Under the pieces are notes generated by a model, which was given only the letters and a program-made list of their open reading frames with translations, ran no database searches and was not told where the DNA came from. The position numbers and the translations under genes are program-made. From NCBI GenBank assembly GCA_963700285.1, contig CAVOXA010000010.1, positions 1,376,001 through 1,440,000 of the forward strand: 64,000 bases of DNA. Reading direction: 5' to 3'. Positions 40,490-50,466 of this stretch are shown here, one piece after another. This stretch comes from an uncultured Chloroflexia bacterium (lineage in GTDB: Bacteria > Chloroflexota > Anaerolineae > JAAYZQ01). How positions within the stretch are numbered: the stretch's first letter is position 1; the number at the start of each line of letters is the position of its first letter.

Positions 40490-41650
40490 ATGACCAAGAA
40501 CGTGGCAATCGTGGGCATCGGCTACACCAGCTTCCGCCCCCTGACACCCGAGGTCTCGTACAAAGAGCTGATGTTCGAAGCAGCGGTCAAGGCCTACGAA
40601 GACGCGGGCGTGGATCCCCGCCGCGACGTGGACAGCTTTGTCACGGTCGCCGAGGACTTTATCGAGGGGACCAGCATCTTTGACGAGTACGTGCCCGACC
40701 AACTCGGCGGGCTGCTCAAGCCCAACGTCACCATCCCCGGCGAGGCGATCCACGGCCTGGCGACGGCCTATATGCAGATCGCCAGCGGCCTGTTCGACAT
40801 CGTGGCCGTGGAGGCCCACAGCAAGGCATCCAACGTGCTGACCCTGCCCTACATCACGGCCTACGCCATGGACCCCGTCCTCAACCGCCCCCTGGGCGCC
40901 AACCCGGTGTTTATCGCCGGCATGGAGATGAACCGCTACCTGTGGGCCACCGGCGCCACCCGCGAGCAGTGCGCCCAGGTGGTGGTCAAGAACAAACGCA
41001 ACGCCCTCTACAATCCCACTGGCCGCCTACGGCGCCAAGCATTGAAGCTCAGGACGTGCTCCTGGACGACGAGATGGTCTCCTATCCCCTGAGCGAGCAG
41101 GACATCAGCGCCCACGCCGACGGGGCCATCGTCCTCGTGCTGGCCGCAGCGGATGTGGCCGAGAGCGCTTGACCGACGATGCCCATCTGGATCCGGGGCA
41201 TTGGCTGGTGCAACGACGCGCCAAGCCTGGAGACGCGCGCCTGGGGCCGGGCCATCTATGCCGAAGGGGCAGGCAAGATGGCCTACAAGATGGCCGGCAT
41301 CCGCAACCCGATGGAAGAGATCGACTTTGCCGAGATCGACGACGGCTACTCGTACAAGGAACTGCAGCACCTGGAGGCGCTGGGCTTCTGCCAGTTTGGC
41401 GAGGCGGGCCATCTGACCGCCGAGGGGGTCACCGACGTGGGCGGCTATCTGCCGGTCAATGTCTCGGGCGGCAGCCTGGGCGGCGGCCACCTGCTGGACG
41501 CCTCGGGCCTGCGGGCCGTGGCCGAGGTGGTGCTACAACTGCGCGGCGAGGCGGGCGCGCTGCCAACTGCCCGATGTGGAGACCGGACTGGCCTTTGGCT
41601 GGCGCGGCGTGCCGACCACCAGCGGCGCGGCCGTGGTCCTGAGCAACTGA
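40490..41650 (+). CDS. Thiolase-fold protein 1 (SCP-x type, non-canonical), frameshifted
   Basis: VAIVGIG, VVKNKRNA..NP, DGAIVLVLA, AEIDDGYSYKEL and NVSGGSLGGGH. Confidence 0.85.
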
Positions 41651-41661
41651 GGAGGCGAACC

Positions 41662-42853
41662 ATGGGAATGCCGAATGTCCATCGAAGCCTCAAGCGACGC
41701 GTCGCCGTTGTCGGGGCCGGCATGACCAAGTTCGTCCGCCGCGCCCAGGAGACAGGCAAGGAACTGTCCTTCGAGGCCGCCAAGATGGCCCTCGACACCT
41801 GCGACCTGACCCTGGACCAGGTGGACTGCGTGGTCCACGGCACCGCCCCCGACGCGTTCGACGGCGTGCACATGAAGGGCGAGTACCTGGCCGACGGCTC
41901 GGGCGCCTGGCGCAAGCCGTACACGCGCTGCTACGTGGGCGGCGGGACCGGCGTGTTTGCGCCCATCCACGGCTGGTACCACGTGGCCTCGGGCCTGTTC
42001 GACATCTGCCTGGTCGTCTGCGAGGAAAAGATGTCGTCCTGCCAGCCCCATCCCCAGGGCGCTTTTCTGACCATCTTTGACCACACCACCGAGCGCCCAC
42101 TGGAGCCCAATCTGCTGTGGATCTTTGCCATGGAGATGAATCGCTACATGAACACCTATGGGCTCAAGAAGGAGGACATTGCCCTCGTTTCGGTCAAGAA
42201 CAAGCGCAACGCCGCCGACCACCCCTGCAGCCTGCTGGGCGACGCGGACATCACCGTGGAGGACGTGCTCAACTCCGAGGTGCTGGCCTGGCCTGTGCAG
42301 CGTCTGGACGTGAGCCCGGTCACGGACGGCGCGGTGGCGCTGGTCCTGGCCGCCGAGCACGTGGCGCAGCGCATCACCGACAAGCCGGTGTGGATCGAGG
42401 GCGTGGGCTGGAACCTGGACACCACCTACTGGACCAACCGCGACCTGTGCTATCCGCGCTACGTGGAGAATGCGGCGCGCATGGCCTACGACATGGCCGG
42501 CATCACCGAGCCGCGCAAGCAGATCCACATCGCCGAGCCCTACGACCCCTTTGACTACAAGGAACTGCACCATCTGGAGGGGCTGCTGCTCTTTGACCGG
42601 GGCAAGGCGCCCGAAGCGACGGCCCTGGGCATCACCCAGCGGGACGGCGATCTGCCGGTCTGCCCCAGCGGCGGGCTGCTGGGCGTGGGCAATCCCATCG
42701 CCGCTGCGGGATTGATGAAGGTGGCCGAGCTGTTCTGGCAACTCCGCGGAGAGGCGGGCGCGCGCCAGGTGCCCGGCCAGCCGCAAGCGGGGCGTGGCCC
42801 AGGCCTGGGGCGACCTGATGCAGGTCGGCACCGTCGTCGTGATGGGCGTGTAG
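41662..42853 (+). CDS. Thiolase-fold protein 2 (SCP-x type, non-canonical), frameshift near the end
   Basis: VAVVGAGMTKF, VGGGTG, SVKNKRNA, AEPYDPFDYKEL and CPSGGLLGVGNP. Confidence 0.88.
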
Positions 42854-42865
42854 GAGGAGAGAACC

Positions 42866-43372
42866 ATGACGGCCAAGATCGACGAGTTCCGTGGCATCTA
42901 CCTGAAGGAATCGGATTTTCGCGAGAAGAAGGTCCTGTTCACCGAATGGAACCCCAACGCCCAGTACGCCTGGGACGCGGGTGTGGCCATCGGCCGTTAC
43001 CTGGCCGAGACTGAAGGCAGGCGAGCTGATCGGCGTCCGCTGCAACAAGTGCCACCGCACTGTGATCCCGCCGCGCAGCTTTTGCGAGTGGTGCTTCCGC
43101 CCCATGGACGATTGGGTCCCCTGCCGGACACCGGCACGGTCAACACCTTCTCTCTGTGCTATGTCACCTGGGACATGCGGTATCTGACCGATCCCGAGAT
43201 CCCGGCTGTGATCGACATCGACGGCACTCGACCCGCGGTGGGCATCATGCACATGCTGGGCGAGGTGGAGCCCGACGAGGTCAAGATTGGCATGAAGGTG
43301 CAGGCGGTGTGGAAGCCGGCCGAGGAGCGCGAGGGCTCGATCCTGGACATCAAGTACTTTAAGCCGCTGTAA
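42866..43372 (+). CDS. DUF35 Zn-ribbon/OB-fold protein 1 (frameshifted)
   Basis: GVRCNKC...PPRSFCEWC; GTVNTFS; VKIGMKVQAVW...GSILDIKYF. Confidence 0.85.
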   Translation: MTAKIDEFRGIYLKESDFREKKVLFTEWNPNAQYAWDAGVAIGRYLAETEGRRADRRPLQQVPPHCDPAAQLLRVVLPPHGRLGPLPDTGTVNTFSLCYVTWDMRYLTDPEIPAVIDIDGTRPAVGIMHMLGEVEPDEVKIGMKVQAVWKPAEEREGSILDIKYFKPL

Positions 43373-43407
43373 GCATGGCTCGCTGGGCTGGTGGTAGGGA
43401 GGACATT

Positions 43408-43888
43408 ATGGCCATACTGGAAAAGGTGGACAAACTTCACCAGGCCGTCGCCTGGCGAGGGGATATGCCGATTACAAGCCGCTATACGGCCGGCATTGCC
43501 GGCGAGCGGTTCTTCCGCGAGATCAAGGATGACGCCCGCTTTCTCGGGCACGCGCTGTGAGACATGCGATCTGATCTACGTGCCGGCGACGATGTTCTGC
43601 GAACGTTGTTTCGCCGAGCTGGAGAGTGGGTGCGAAGTGCCCAGCCGGGGGACCGTATTCACCTACACGGTGCTGTTCCGCGACCTGGACGACAAGCCCC
43701 TTGACCCGCCACAGATCCTGGCCTACGTCAAACTGGATGGCGCCAATGGCGGGCTGGTGCATTATCTGGGTGCGGTAGAGCCGGATGCGGTGCACATCGG
43801 TATGCAGGTGGAGGCGGTGTTCAAGGACGTCGCTGAAAGAGAGGGCTCAATCTTGGACATCCTTTACTTCCGGCCGGTGGAGGATTGA
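43408..43888 (+). CDS. DUF35 Zn-ribbon/OB-fold protein 2 (frameshifted)
   Basis: GTRCETC..YVPATMFCERC; GTVFTYT; IGMQVEAVF...GSILDILYF. Confidence 0.85.
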
Positions 43889-43939
43889 CCCGCCGCTGCT
43901 CGCATTCCCTCTGTGTCCTGGCAAAGGAGGCATCACGCG

Positions 43940-45085
43940 ATGGAGTTCGAACTGAATGAAGAGCAGCGCATGGTGCGCAGCATGGTCCGCGACCTGTCGC
44001 AGAACGAGATTGCCCCCCGGGCCGCGCAGGTGGACACGACCGAGGCGTTTCCAGCAGAGAACATCGAGCGGATGGCGCAGTTGGGGCTGATGGGCCTTCC
44101 CTACCCCGAGGCATACGGGGGTGGAGGCGGTGACTATCTCAGCTATGCCATCGCCGTGGAGGAGATTGCACGCGCCTGCGGGTCCACGGCGCTCATCTAC
44201 GCTGCACACATCTCGTTAGGATGCGGGCCGATCTACGCCTTTGGCACCGAGAAGCAAAAGCAGGAATGGCTACCGCGCCTGTGCAGCGGACAGGGCCTGG
44301 CCGCCTTTGGCTTGACCGAACCGGAGGCCGGATCGGACGCTGGCGCCACTCGAACCACGGCTGTTCGCGATGGCGACGGCTATGTCCTGAATGGCAGCAA
44401 GATGTGGATTACCTCCGGCGCCCTGGCCGACGTCGTTACCTGCACGGCCAAGACCGATCCGACAGCCGGGACGAAGGGCATCTCCTGCTTCCTCGTGGAG
44501 AAGGGCGTACCTGGATTCATCCCCGGGAAGAACGAACCCAAGATGGGACTCAAAGGTTCTGTAACGTCGGCTCTTGCCCTCGAAAACTGCCGGGTGCCGG
44601 CTTCGAACCTGCTGGGCGACGAGGGCGAGGGTTTCCGCCAAATGCTCATCACCCTGGATAGCGGCCGGATCAGCATCGGTGCCATGGCCTTGGGCCTGGC
44701 CCAGGCCGCCCTGGACGAAGCCACCCGATATGCCAAACAGCGGGTGCAGTTCGGCCAGCCCATCGCCAAATTCCAGGCCATTCAATGGATGGTCGCCGAC
44801 ATGGCCACAGAGATCGACGCTGCCCGGCTGATGGTGTATCGGGCAGCCGCCACGAAGGATGCGGGAGTGCGGTTCACCAAAGAAGCGGCGATGGCCAAGC
44901 TGTATGCGTCGGAGGTCGCCGAGCGAGCGGCCTTCAAGGCCGTACAGATCCATGGGGGCTATGGCTATAGCCGCGAGTACCCGGTCGAGCGCATCTACCG
45001 CGACCAGCGTCTGTGTGCAATCGGCGAGGGGACCAGCGAGATCCAGCGACTGGTCATTGCCCGGCAGATCCTGGGCAAGCTCTAG
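43940..45085 (+). CDS. Acyl-CoA dehydrogenase (short/branched-chain type)
   Basis: GLTEPEAGSD, NGSKMWIT, RVQFGQPI..FQ, QIHGGYGY and IGEGTSEIQR. Confidence 0.95.
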   Translation: MEFELNEEQRMVRSMVRDLSQNEIAPRAAQVDTTEAFPAENIERMAQLGLMGLPYPEAYGGGGGDYLSYAIAVEEIARACGSTALIYAAHISLGCGPIYAFGTEKQKQEWLPRLCSGQGLAAFGLTEPEAGSDAGATRTTAVRDGDGYVLNGSKMWITSGALADVVTCTAKTDPTAGTKGISCFLVEKGVPGFIPGKNEPKMGLKGSVTSALALENCRVPASNLLGDEGEGFRQMLITLDSGRISIGAMALGLAQAALDEATRYAKQRVQFGQPIAKFQAIQWMVADMATEIDAARLMVYRAAATKDAGVRFTKEAAMAKLYASEVAERAAFKAVQIHGGYGYSREYPVERIYRDQRLCAIGEGTSEIQRLVIARQILGKL

Positions 45086-45102
45086 AGATCCGGCTGAACT
45101 TT

Positions 45103-45159
45103 AACCTCTCTCAGGTGGCCGGCTGTCCGCAGCCGTCCACCTGCGGGAGGTTTTCTTTG
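45103..45159 (+). terminator. Stem-loop with T-tract after the acyl-CoA dehydrogenase; arm related to the 38.2/38.6 kb TIR
   Basis: AACCTCTCTCAGGTGG...CCACCTGCGGGAGGTT followed by TTCTTT. Confidence 0.65.
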
Positions 45160-45192
45160 TGATCCTCGCTCTGACAAGCCCTACCCACAAAC

Positions 45193-45241
45193 TTGACACC
45201 TTCACGTCCGACTCCCATAATGAAATATAGAACATATGTTT
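45193..45241 (+). promoter_or_regulatory. Sigma70 promoter with an SOS (LexA) box near the transcription start
   Basis: TTGACA-17 bp-CATAAT, then GAAC-ATAT-GTTT (45230-45241), 15 bp before the Prim-Pol ATG. Confidence 0.75.
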
Positions 45242-45255
45242 CGGAGGCCCGCCCG

Positions 45256-47784
45256 ATGAGCGAGAGCAAGAACCGGTTCCTGGAAGCCGCGCTGGGCTAT
45301 GCCGGCCTGGGCTGGCCCGTCTTTCCCCTGTCACCGGGGACCAAGGTGCCGCTCAAGGGCACCCGCGGCTTTGAGGACGCGACCACCGACCCGGACCAGA
45401 TCCGCCGCTGGTGGGCGCGCTGGCCGGCGGCCAACATCGGCCTGCCTCCCGGCGCCGCGGGCATGGTGGCCATCGACCTGGACGCCAAGGGGGATGTCGA
45501 CGGGGGCAAGAACTGGCACGAACTCAGGGCCCGATACGGCATCGACGACACCACCCTCACCAGCCGGACGCCATCCTTCGACTCCGCCCCTGGACCTGCT
45601 CCGGGCGCGCCTCAGGACAGCTCCCACGCCTCCTCCCAGGACTGACCCGGGGGCCTGCCCCCGAGAGTGGTAACCGGGGGACAGCACCTTTTCTTCAGGC
45701 TGCCCGCCGGCGCGAACCTGTGCATTTCCAACCGGAGGCTGGGGCCGGGGATAGACGTGCGCGGGCACAAGGGCTACGTCGTCCTGCCGCCCTCAGAGGT
45801 CCGCGGCGGCGACCACCCGGGCGTCTATCGCTGGGAGCCGGGCGCCGGTCCCCGGGAGCGGCCGCCGGCCCTGGCACCGCCGCCGCTGCTCAGGCTGCTG
45901 GCCGGCAACGAGCCGGGCGCCGGTGAGGATCGCGCCGTACAAGCCCGCGGACCTGACTCCGCACCCGCCCAGACGGCAGCCCCCCGGCCACGGCTGCAGG
46001 ACCTGCCTACGGCCAGGCGGCCCTGCGTTCAGAGCTGAAAGCGCTGGCCGCGACCGCCCAGGGCGAACGCAACGAGCGGCTCAACCAGGCCGCGTTCTCC
46101 CTGGGCCAGCTCGTGCCCGGCGGCTGCCTGGACCGGGGCTCCGTAGAGGCGGCGCTGGCGCAGGCCGCGCGCCAGATGGGGCTGGGGGAACGGGAGGCGC
46201 GGGCCACCATCAAGAGCGGCCTGGACGCCGGAGCCCAAGAGCCCCGCGCCACCCCAATAGCCCGCGCTCCCATCCCCGACCCCGGAGTACGGCCGCCCCC
46301 CACCGTGCTCCGGGGCCCTCCTCTCCCCTGCGCTCCGCGCCCAACCCCTGTCGACGAGCCGGAATGCCCGCCCCTGCCGCCCCCGGCCCACCTGCCGCCC
46401 GGCTTGGGACAGGAGGCCTGCCGCTGGCTGGATGCTTATATCGCCTTCAGCCAGAAGTGGAGCCCGCGCAGCTTTGCGGGCTATCACGAGGCCTGCGGCC
46501 TGTGGCTGCTGTCGACCATCGCCGCCCGGCGTGTGCTGACCCACTTTGGGCGGCCGCGCTATACCAACCTGTACATCATCCTGGCCGGCCGGACGACGAT
46601 GCACGCCAAGTCCAGCGCCACCGGCATCGCCCGGGACCTGCTGGCCGCCTGCGGGTTGGATTACCTGCTGGCCGCCGACGAGGCCACGCCCCAGAGCTTT
46701 CTGCGGGCGCTGGCCGGGGCCGACCTGCCGCCCGACTTTGACGTTCTGACCGGCGACGAGCAGATCGTGGCCCGCATGCGGCTCGGCTTTTGCGGGCAGC
46801 GGGGCTGGTACGCCGAGGAGTTTGGCTCCTGGCTGGCCTCCATGGTCCGCACCGACGGGGTGATGGCCGACTTTCGTGGAATCATGCGAAAGCTGGACGA
46901 CTGCCCGCTCCGACTATACCCGGACGACCATCGCCCGGGGGAGGGAGCAGGTGGACCGCCCCTACCTGGCCCAGATCGGAAACCTGACGCCGGCTGACCT
47001 GCGACCCCTGGCCCGCAAGGGTGCCCAGCTCTGGGGCGATGGTTTTCTGGCGCGTTTCGCTTTTGTGACCCCGCCCCACGACGAGGTGCTGACGGCCCGC
47101 TTCCCGCCGGGCGCGCGGACCATTCCTAAAGAGCTGACCGCGCCCCTGGTCCAGTGGCACCAGCGGCTGGGACTGCCCCAGGTGACGGTGGAGGATCGCC
47201 ATGATCCTGCCGGATGGCCGCCCGGCCAACCGGGCGGCAGCCCCACCGGGGAAAAGCTCGTGACCATCGGCGCGCCGGAGGCCCAGACCTGCGAGCTGGG
47301 CGATGGCGTCGTGGATGCCCTGTACCGCTACAACGAGGCGCTGCTGGAGATCGCCCAGGACAGCGAGATGACCGACCTGGACGGAAACTATGGCCGGCTG
47401 CACGAAAAGGCGCTGCGGGTGGCGTCCCTGCTGGCCAGTCTGGAGAACGAGGGCCGCATCGATCTGCGGCACTGGGCGCGGGCCCAGGAGATCGCCGAAC
47501 GCTGGCGGCTGTACACCCACCGGCTCTACAACCAGGTAACGCAGCCGGAGGCCTCGGCGGCGGCCGAGATCGAGGACAAGATCCTGGACGTGGTGGGACG
47601 CTGGCAGGGGACGGCCAAGTATGCCGGCGGATTGACAGCCAACGAGATCTCTCGCTTTCTGCGAGGACTGGGCCGAGCGGAGATCAAGTTCTACGCCGAC
47701 CAGCTTGCGGCCACTGGCGTGCTTGACCGGCAGCCGGTGAAGGGCAAGCGCACCGAAAGGTACGCCATGCCCTCGCCAGATTAG
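45256..47784 (+). CDS. Bifunctional primase/polymerase (Prim-Pol) fused to PriCT-like and DUF3987-like helicase regions; interrupted and frameshifted
   Basis: AALGYAGLGWPVFPL, ATTD, NIGL, AIDLD, GGQHLFF, GIDVRG..GYVVLPPS; GERNERLNQAAFSLG; NLYIILAG...KSS; GDGFLARF. Confidence 0.8.
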
Positions 47785-47926
47785 ACATAAGCGTGGTAGA
47801 CAGTAGACATCGTAGATCAGTAGACAGACTATCTATCTGTCTACCCATGTCGCCTATGCAGGAAAGAGATTGAATAGTAGACAAAATCGGGGGGTTGTGC
47901 CCTTGTCTACCCGTCTACTTGTCTAC
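47781..47926. repeat. GTAGAC iteron-like array (putative replication origin)
   Basis: Forward GTAGACA at 47796, 47803, 47820 and 47877; reverse GTCTAC at 47839, 47905, 47913 and 47921; AT-richer context. Confidence 0.7.
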
Positions 47927-47943
47927 TACTCGGAGGTGGTACG

Positions 47944-48168
47944 ATGACCAAGCGAGTGTTGCGCATATCGGCCCGGCGCAAGCCCATCACCTTGCGCCAC
48001 AAGCCCGTGGCGGCTGGCAGCCGGGCCCTGATGCCCTGGGAAGGCGTGCGGGTCAAGATCGAGGATCTGCCGGCCTTCCGCGCCCGCTGGGGGCTGGTGG
48101 TGGTGGGCGGCGACCCGGACCTGGACGGAGAGCCGTGGCGGCCGAAGGTGTGGGTGGTGGAGGTGTGA
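47944..48168 (+). CDS. Small hypothetical protein
   Basis: 74 aa with a strong RBS (GGAGGT) directly after the repeat array. Confidence 0.55.
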   Translation: MTKRVLRISARRKPITLRHKPVAAGSRALMPWEGVRVKIEDLPAFRARWGLVVVGGDPDLDGEPWRPKVWVVEV

Positions 48169-48169
48169 T

Positions 48170-48207
48170 CTAGACCCTAAGGGTTTTCCGAAACCCTTAG
48201 GGTCTAG
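48170..48207. repeat. Perfect palindrome (REP-like / bidirectional terminator)
   Basis: CTAGACCCTAAGGGTTT-tccg-AAACCCTTAGGGTCTAG between convergent units. Confidence 0.75.
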
Positions 48208-48226
48208 TGGCTAGTGTAGAGATCGG

Positions 48227-48420
48227 TCATAGACCACCTCGCCCTGGGTCGCGATCTCTTGCAGAAAAAAAAGTCGCCGCGCGAGAGAGATTTCGAGCCG
48301 CTGCTCGCGTGAGCGCAGGGGTATCTCCATCACGATGAGCAGATCCACGTCGCTGTCGGGTCCAGGCCGGCCGCGAGCATAGGAACCGAAAGCGACCGGA
48401 GCAAATACGCTGGTTACGGC
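48227..48420 (-). pseudogene. Minimal nucleotidyltransferase (MNT antitoxin-like) remnant
   Basis: Manual translation gives VAFGSYARGRPGPDSDVDLLIVME (GS..DxD motif); flanks degenerate. Confidence 0.65.
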
Positions 48421-48673
48421 CCCAGCAGTACGCGGCTATACGCGACCACGAAGTGTGGTCATCGTATAACAAATCGTGGTCAATGCCTTGAGCATGATAG
48501 GCTGTGAACTCCCACCTTCCAGGAAGCGGCCTTCTGCGAGGACTTGCAGCTTCCTGGAAGGTGAGACGGTGACTCACTCCCGCTTCAGATACTCCCGGGG
48601 CACATCGGACAAGAAGCGCGAGGCCCGGCCGCGGGAGCAGGTGAGGTAGAGTTCCCACTGGCGCCGCGAAGGT

Positions 48674-49216
48674 CTATCCCTCTACGTCTGAATTAGTCCT
48701 GTCCTGCTGAGGTGAGGCGGGCTCGTCCGCAGGTCCCGCGTAGCCGCTATCGGCTTCGTGGAGCACACTGGCAGCCTCCGGCTGTCGACCATAGTAGAGG
48801 GAACTTGGCAGCAAGCTCGGGCTGGTAGCAGCAGGTTCCTCGGCGCGGAGCGCCGGTACCAGCCGGCCCACCGCTCGGGCCAGCACCACGTTGATGTACT
48901 GGTTGAGGCTTACCCCATCTCCGGCCGCGGCTTCGACCAACTGCCTGTGCAGGGAACGCGGTACCCGGACCACAAACTTGCCGCTGTAGTCGTCGTCGGA
49001 ACGCGGCTCGGGAATGGGGAGATCGTCTTCCAGGGCAACCTCCAGCCACAGTGGCATGGCCTCCTGGATCATGGCCAGGGCTTCCTCGGCCGTGTCCCCC
49101 TGGCTCATGCAGCCGCGCAGTTCCTTGACCTGCACAAACCAGGCATCCTCCGGATCGCGCTGCAGCTCGATGGTGTAGGGCAGGTTCATATAGTATTCTA
49201 GCGTTTTGTGGGCCAC
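48674..49216 (-). CDS. hicB: HicB-family antitoxin
   Basis: YYMNLPY...LRGCMSQGDTAEEA...YSGKFVVRVPRSLH...GVSLNQYI. Confidence 0.92.
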   Translation of the reverse strand: MAHKTLEYYMNLPYTIELQRDPEDAWFVQVKELRGCMSQGDTAEEALAMIQEAMPLWLEVALEDDLPIPEPRSDDDYSGKFVVRVPRSLHRQLVEAAAGDGVSLNQYINVVLARAVGRLVPALRAEEPAATSPSLLPSSLYYGRQPEAASVLHEADSGYAGPADEPASPQQDRTNSDVEG

Positions 49217-49255
49217 GGTTCACCTACTCTCCTGTGGTGTGATAGGGTTTGCGGG

Positions 49256-49495
49256 CTATTCTACGCCTGAAAGTTCGTCGATCATGGACAATGCTTCCCT
49301 GACAGCCTTGATGTGCACGTGGGGTGTACGTCGTGCTACGATGATAACGGTTGGCCCTTGGCGGAATGCGTGGTGGCTGCCCCTCACCCGCTTCAGTTCA
49401 AAGCCGTACCATTCCAGCACTTTCGCGAGTTCATCGAACGTTACGCCTCTGGGATTGTTCCGTATCCTGGCGAGCAGCTTCTCCCGTTTGCTCAC
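49256..49495 (-). CDS. hicA: HicA-family toxin
   Basis: KLLARIRNNP..VTFDEL..YGF..RGSHH. Confidence 0.88.
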   Translation of the reverse strand: MSKREKLLARIRNNPRGVTFDELAKVLEWYGFELKRVRGSHHAFRQGPTVIIVARRTPHVHIKAVREALSMIDELSGVE

Positions 49496-49510
49496 GCTGC
49501 TTCTCCTCTT

Positions 49511-49539
49511 ATAGTACCATATATAGTACTATTCGTCAA
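49511..49539 (-). promoter_or_regulatory. hicAB promoter with palindromic operator
   Basis: Minus strand TTGACG-17 bp-TACTAT; inverted repeat ATAGTAC...GTACTAT overlaps it. Confidence 0.6.
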
Positions 49540-49566
49540 CTTGACAGATGCGCGCGGTCAGGGACG

Positions 49567-49854
49567 TCACGGATGTGCCACGTCGTAGCGAATGACGGAA
49601 GGGCGTTCTTGTTGCCAACTCTGCACGTAGGCGGAGGCCTTGACCTCTATCTTTCTCCCCATATACTCCAGGTCGACGGCGTCCCACTCCAGGCGAGGCG
49701 TGTCGGTGACGCCGAGCGCGGTACCGACCAGGAACTCGGCAAAGAGGGAGCGGTTGACGTTACAGAGCAGGTCAGAGTAGGCCCACGACCAGAAGTCGCC
49801 GAGGGTGAGCGACCCAAGCTGTGAGATTGGTTGGTCTGATGCCAATTTCTTCAT
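49567..49854 (-). pseudogene. Truncated PD-(D/E)xK nuclease-like protein
   Basis: DFWSWAYSDL..N.NR..FAEFLV...WDAVDL...KIEVKASAY.QSW; ends abruptly. Confidence 0.55.
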
Positions 49855-50466
49855 AGTAGATTCTCCAGAAATTGGGGCTGCAACGGTTTCGAGGGGCACG
49901 AGCCCACTGCGACGGTAGTTCTGGGTGCATTGGTCCTCGCAGATCACGCTGCATTCCTATGCTTCGTCGAGCCATTTCTGCAAGCGCTCGGCGAGATTAT
50001 CGATCAGGGCCAGAAAGCGGTCGTCGACGATCCATGGTGCACCTTCTCTATCAACATAGCGAGCGGAAGGCGGTCTTGGTGGCTCGGGTACGTTCTGCTG
50101 CTGGATCCGTCCCTTGGCATAGGAAAACGATTCCCGGCCTGGTTTTTCCAGCCAATGTTCAACAAGAGCAAGTCGCTGGCGCAGAAAGGCACGCTCGGTA
50201 GGTATCACGGTTTTCCCAGTGCTCCGGTTGTGAGCCAAGATCCTAGCCGCTCCGGATGCTGAAGGCCGGGTAGGCTAGGAAACACTCATGAAAATGGCTC
50301 AGCGCTTACATAGCAGTCCTTGACTAGTGACCTAGGCAGCTTATCGTGGTCCGGCACTCTTGTGTGTAAGAAGCTCTCGATGATCAGGCGTCTACGGAAT
50401 TGGGTTCATCAGCCTTGGAGTCAGACCAGTTCTTGGTAAAGGGCAATTGCCTGTGCGAATCCCAAG

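Noticed and set aside
45643-45645. Selenocysteine readthrough in Prim-Pol
   Set aside because: The TGA lies in a non-homologous insert rather than at a conserved Cys position.
47781-47926. Mini-CRISPR
   Set aside because: Repeats are only 6-7 bp, irregularly spaced and in both orientations.
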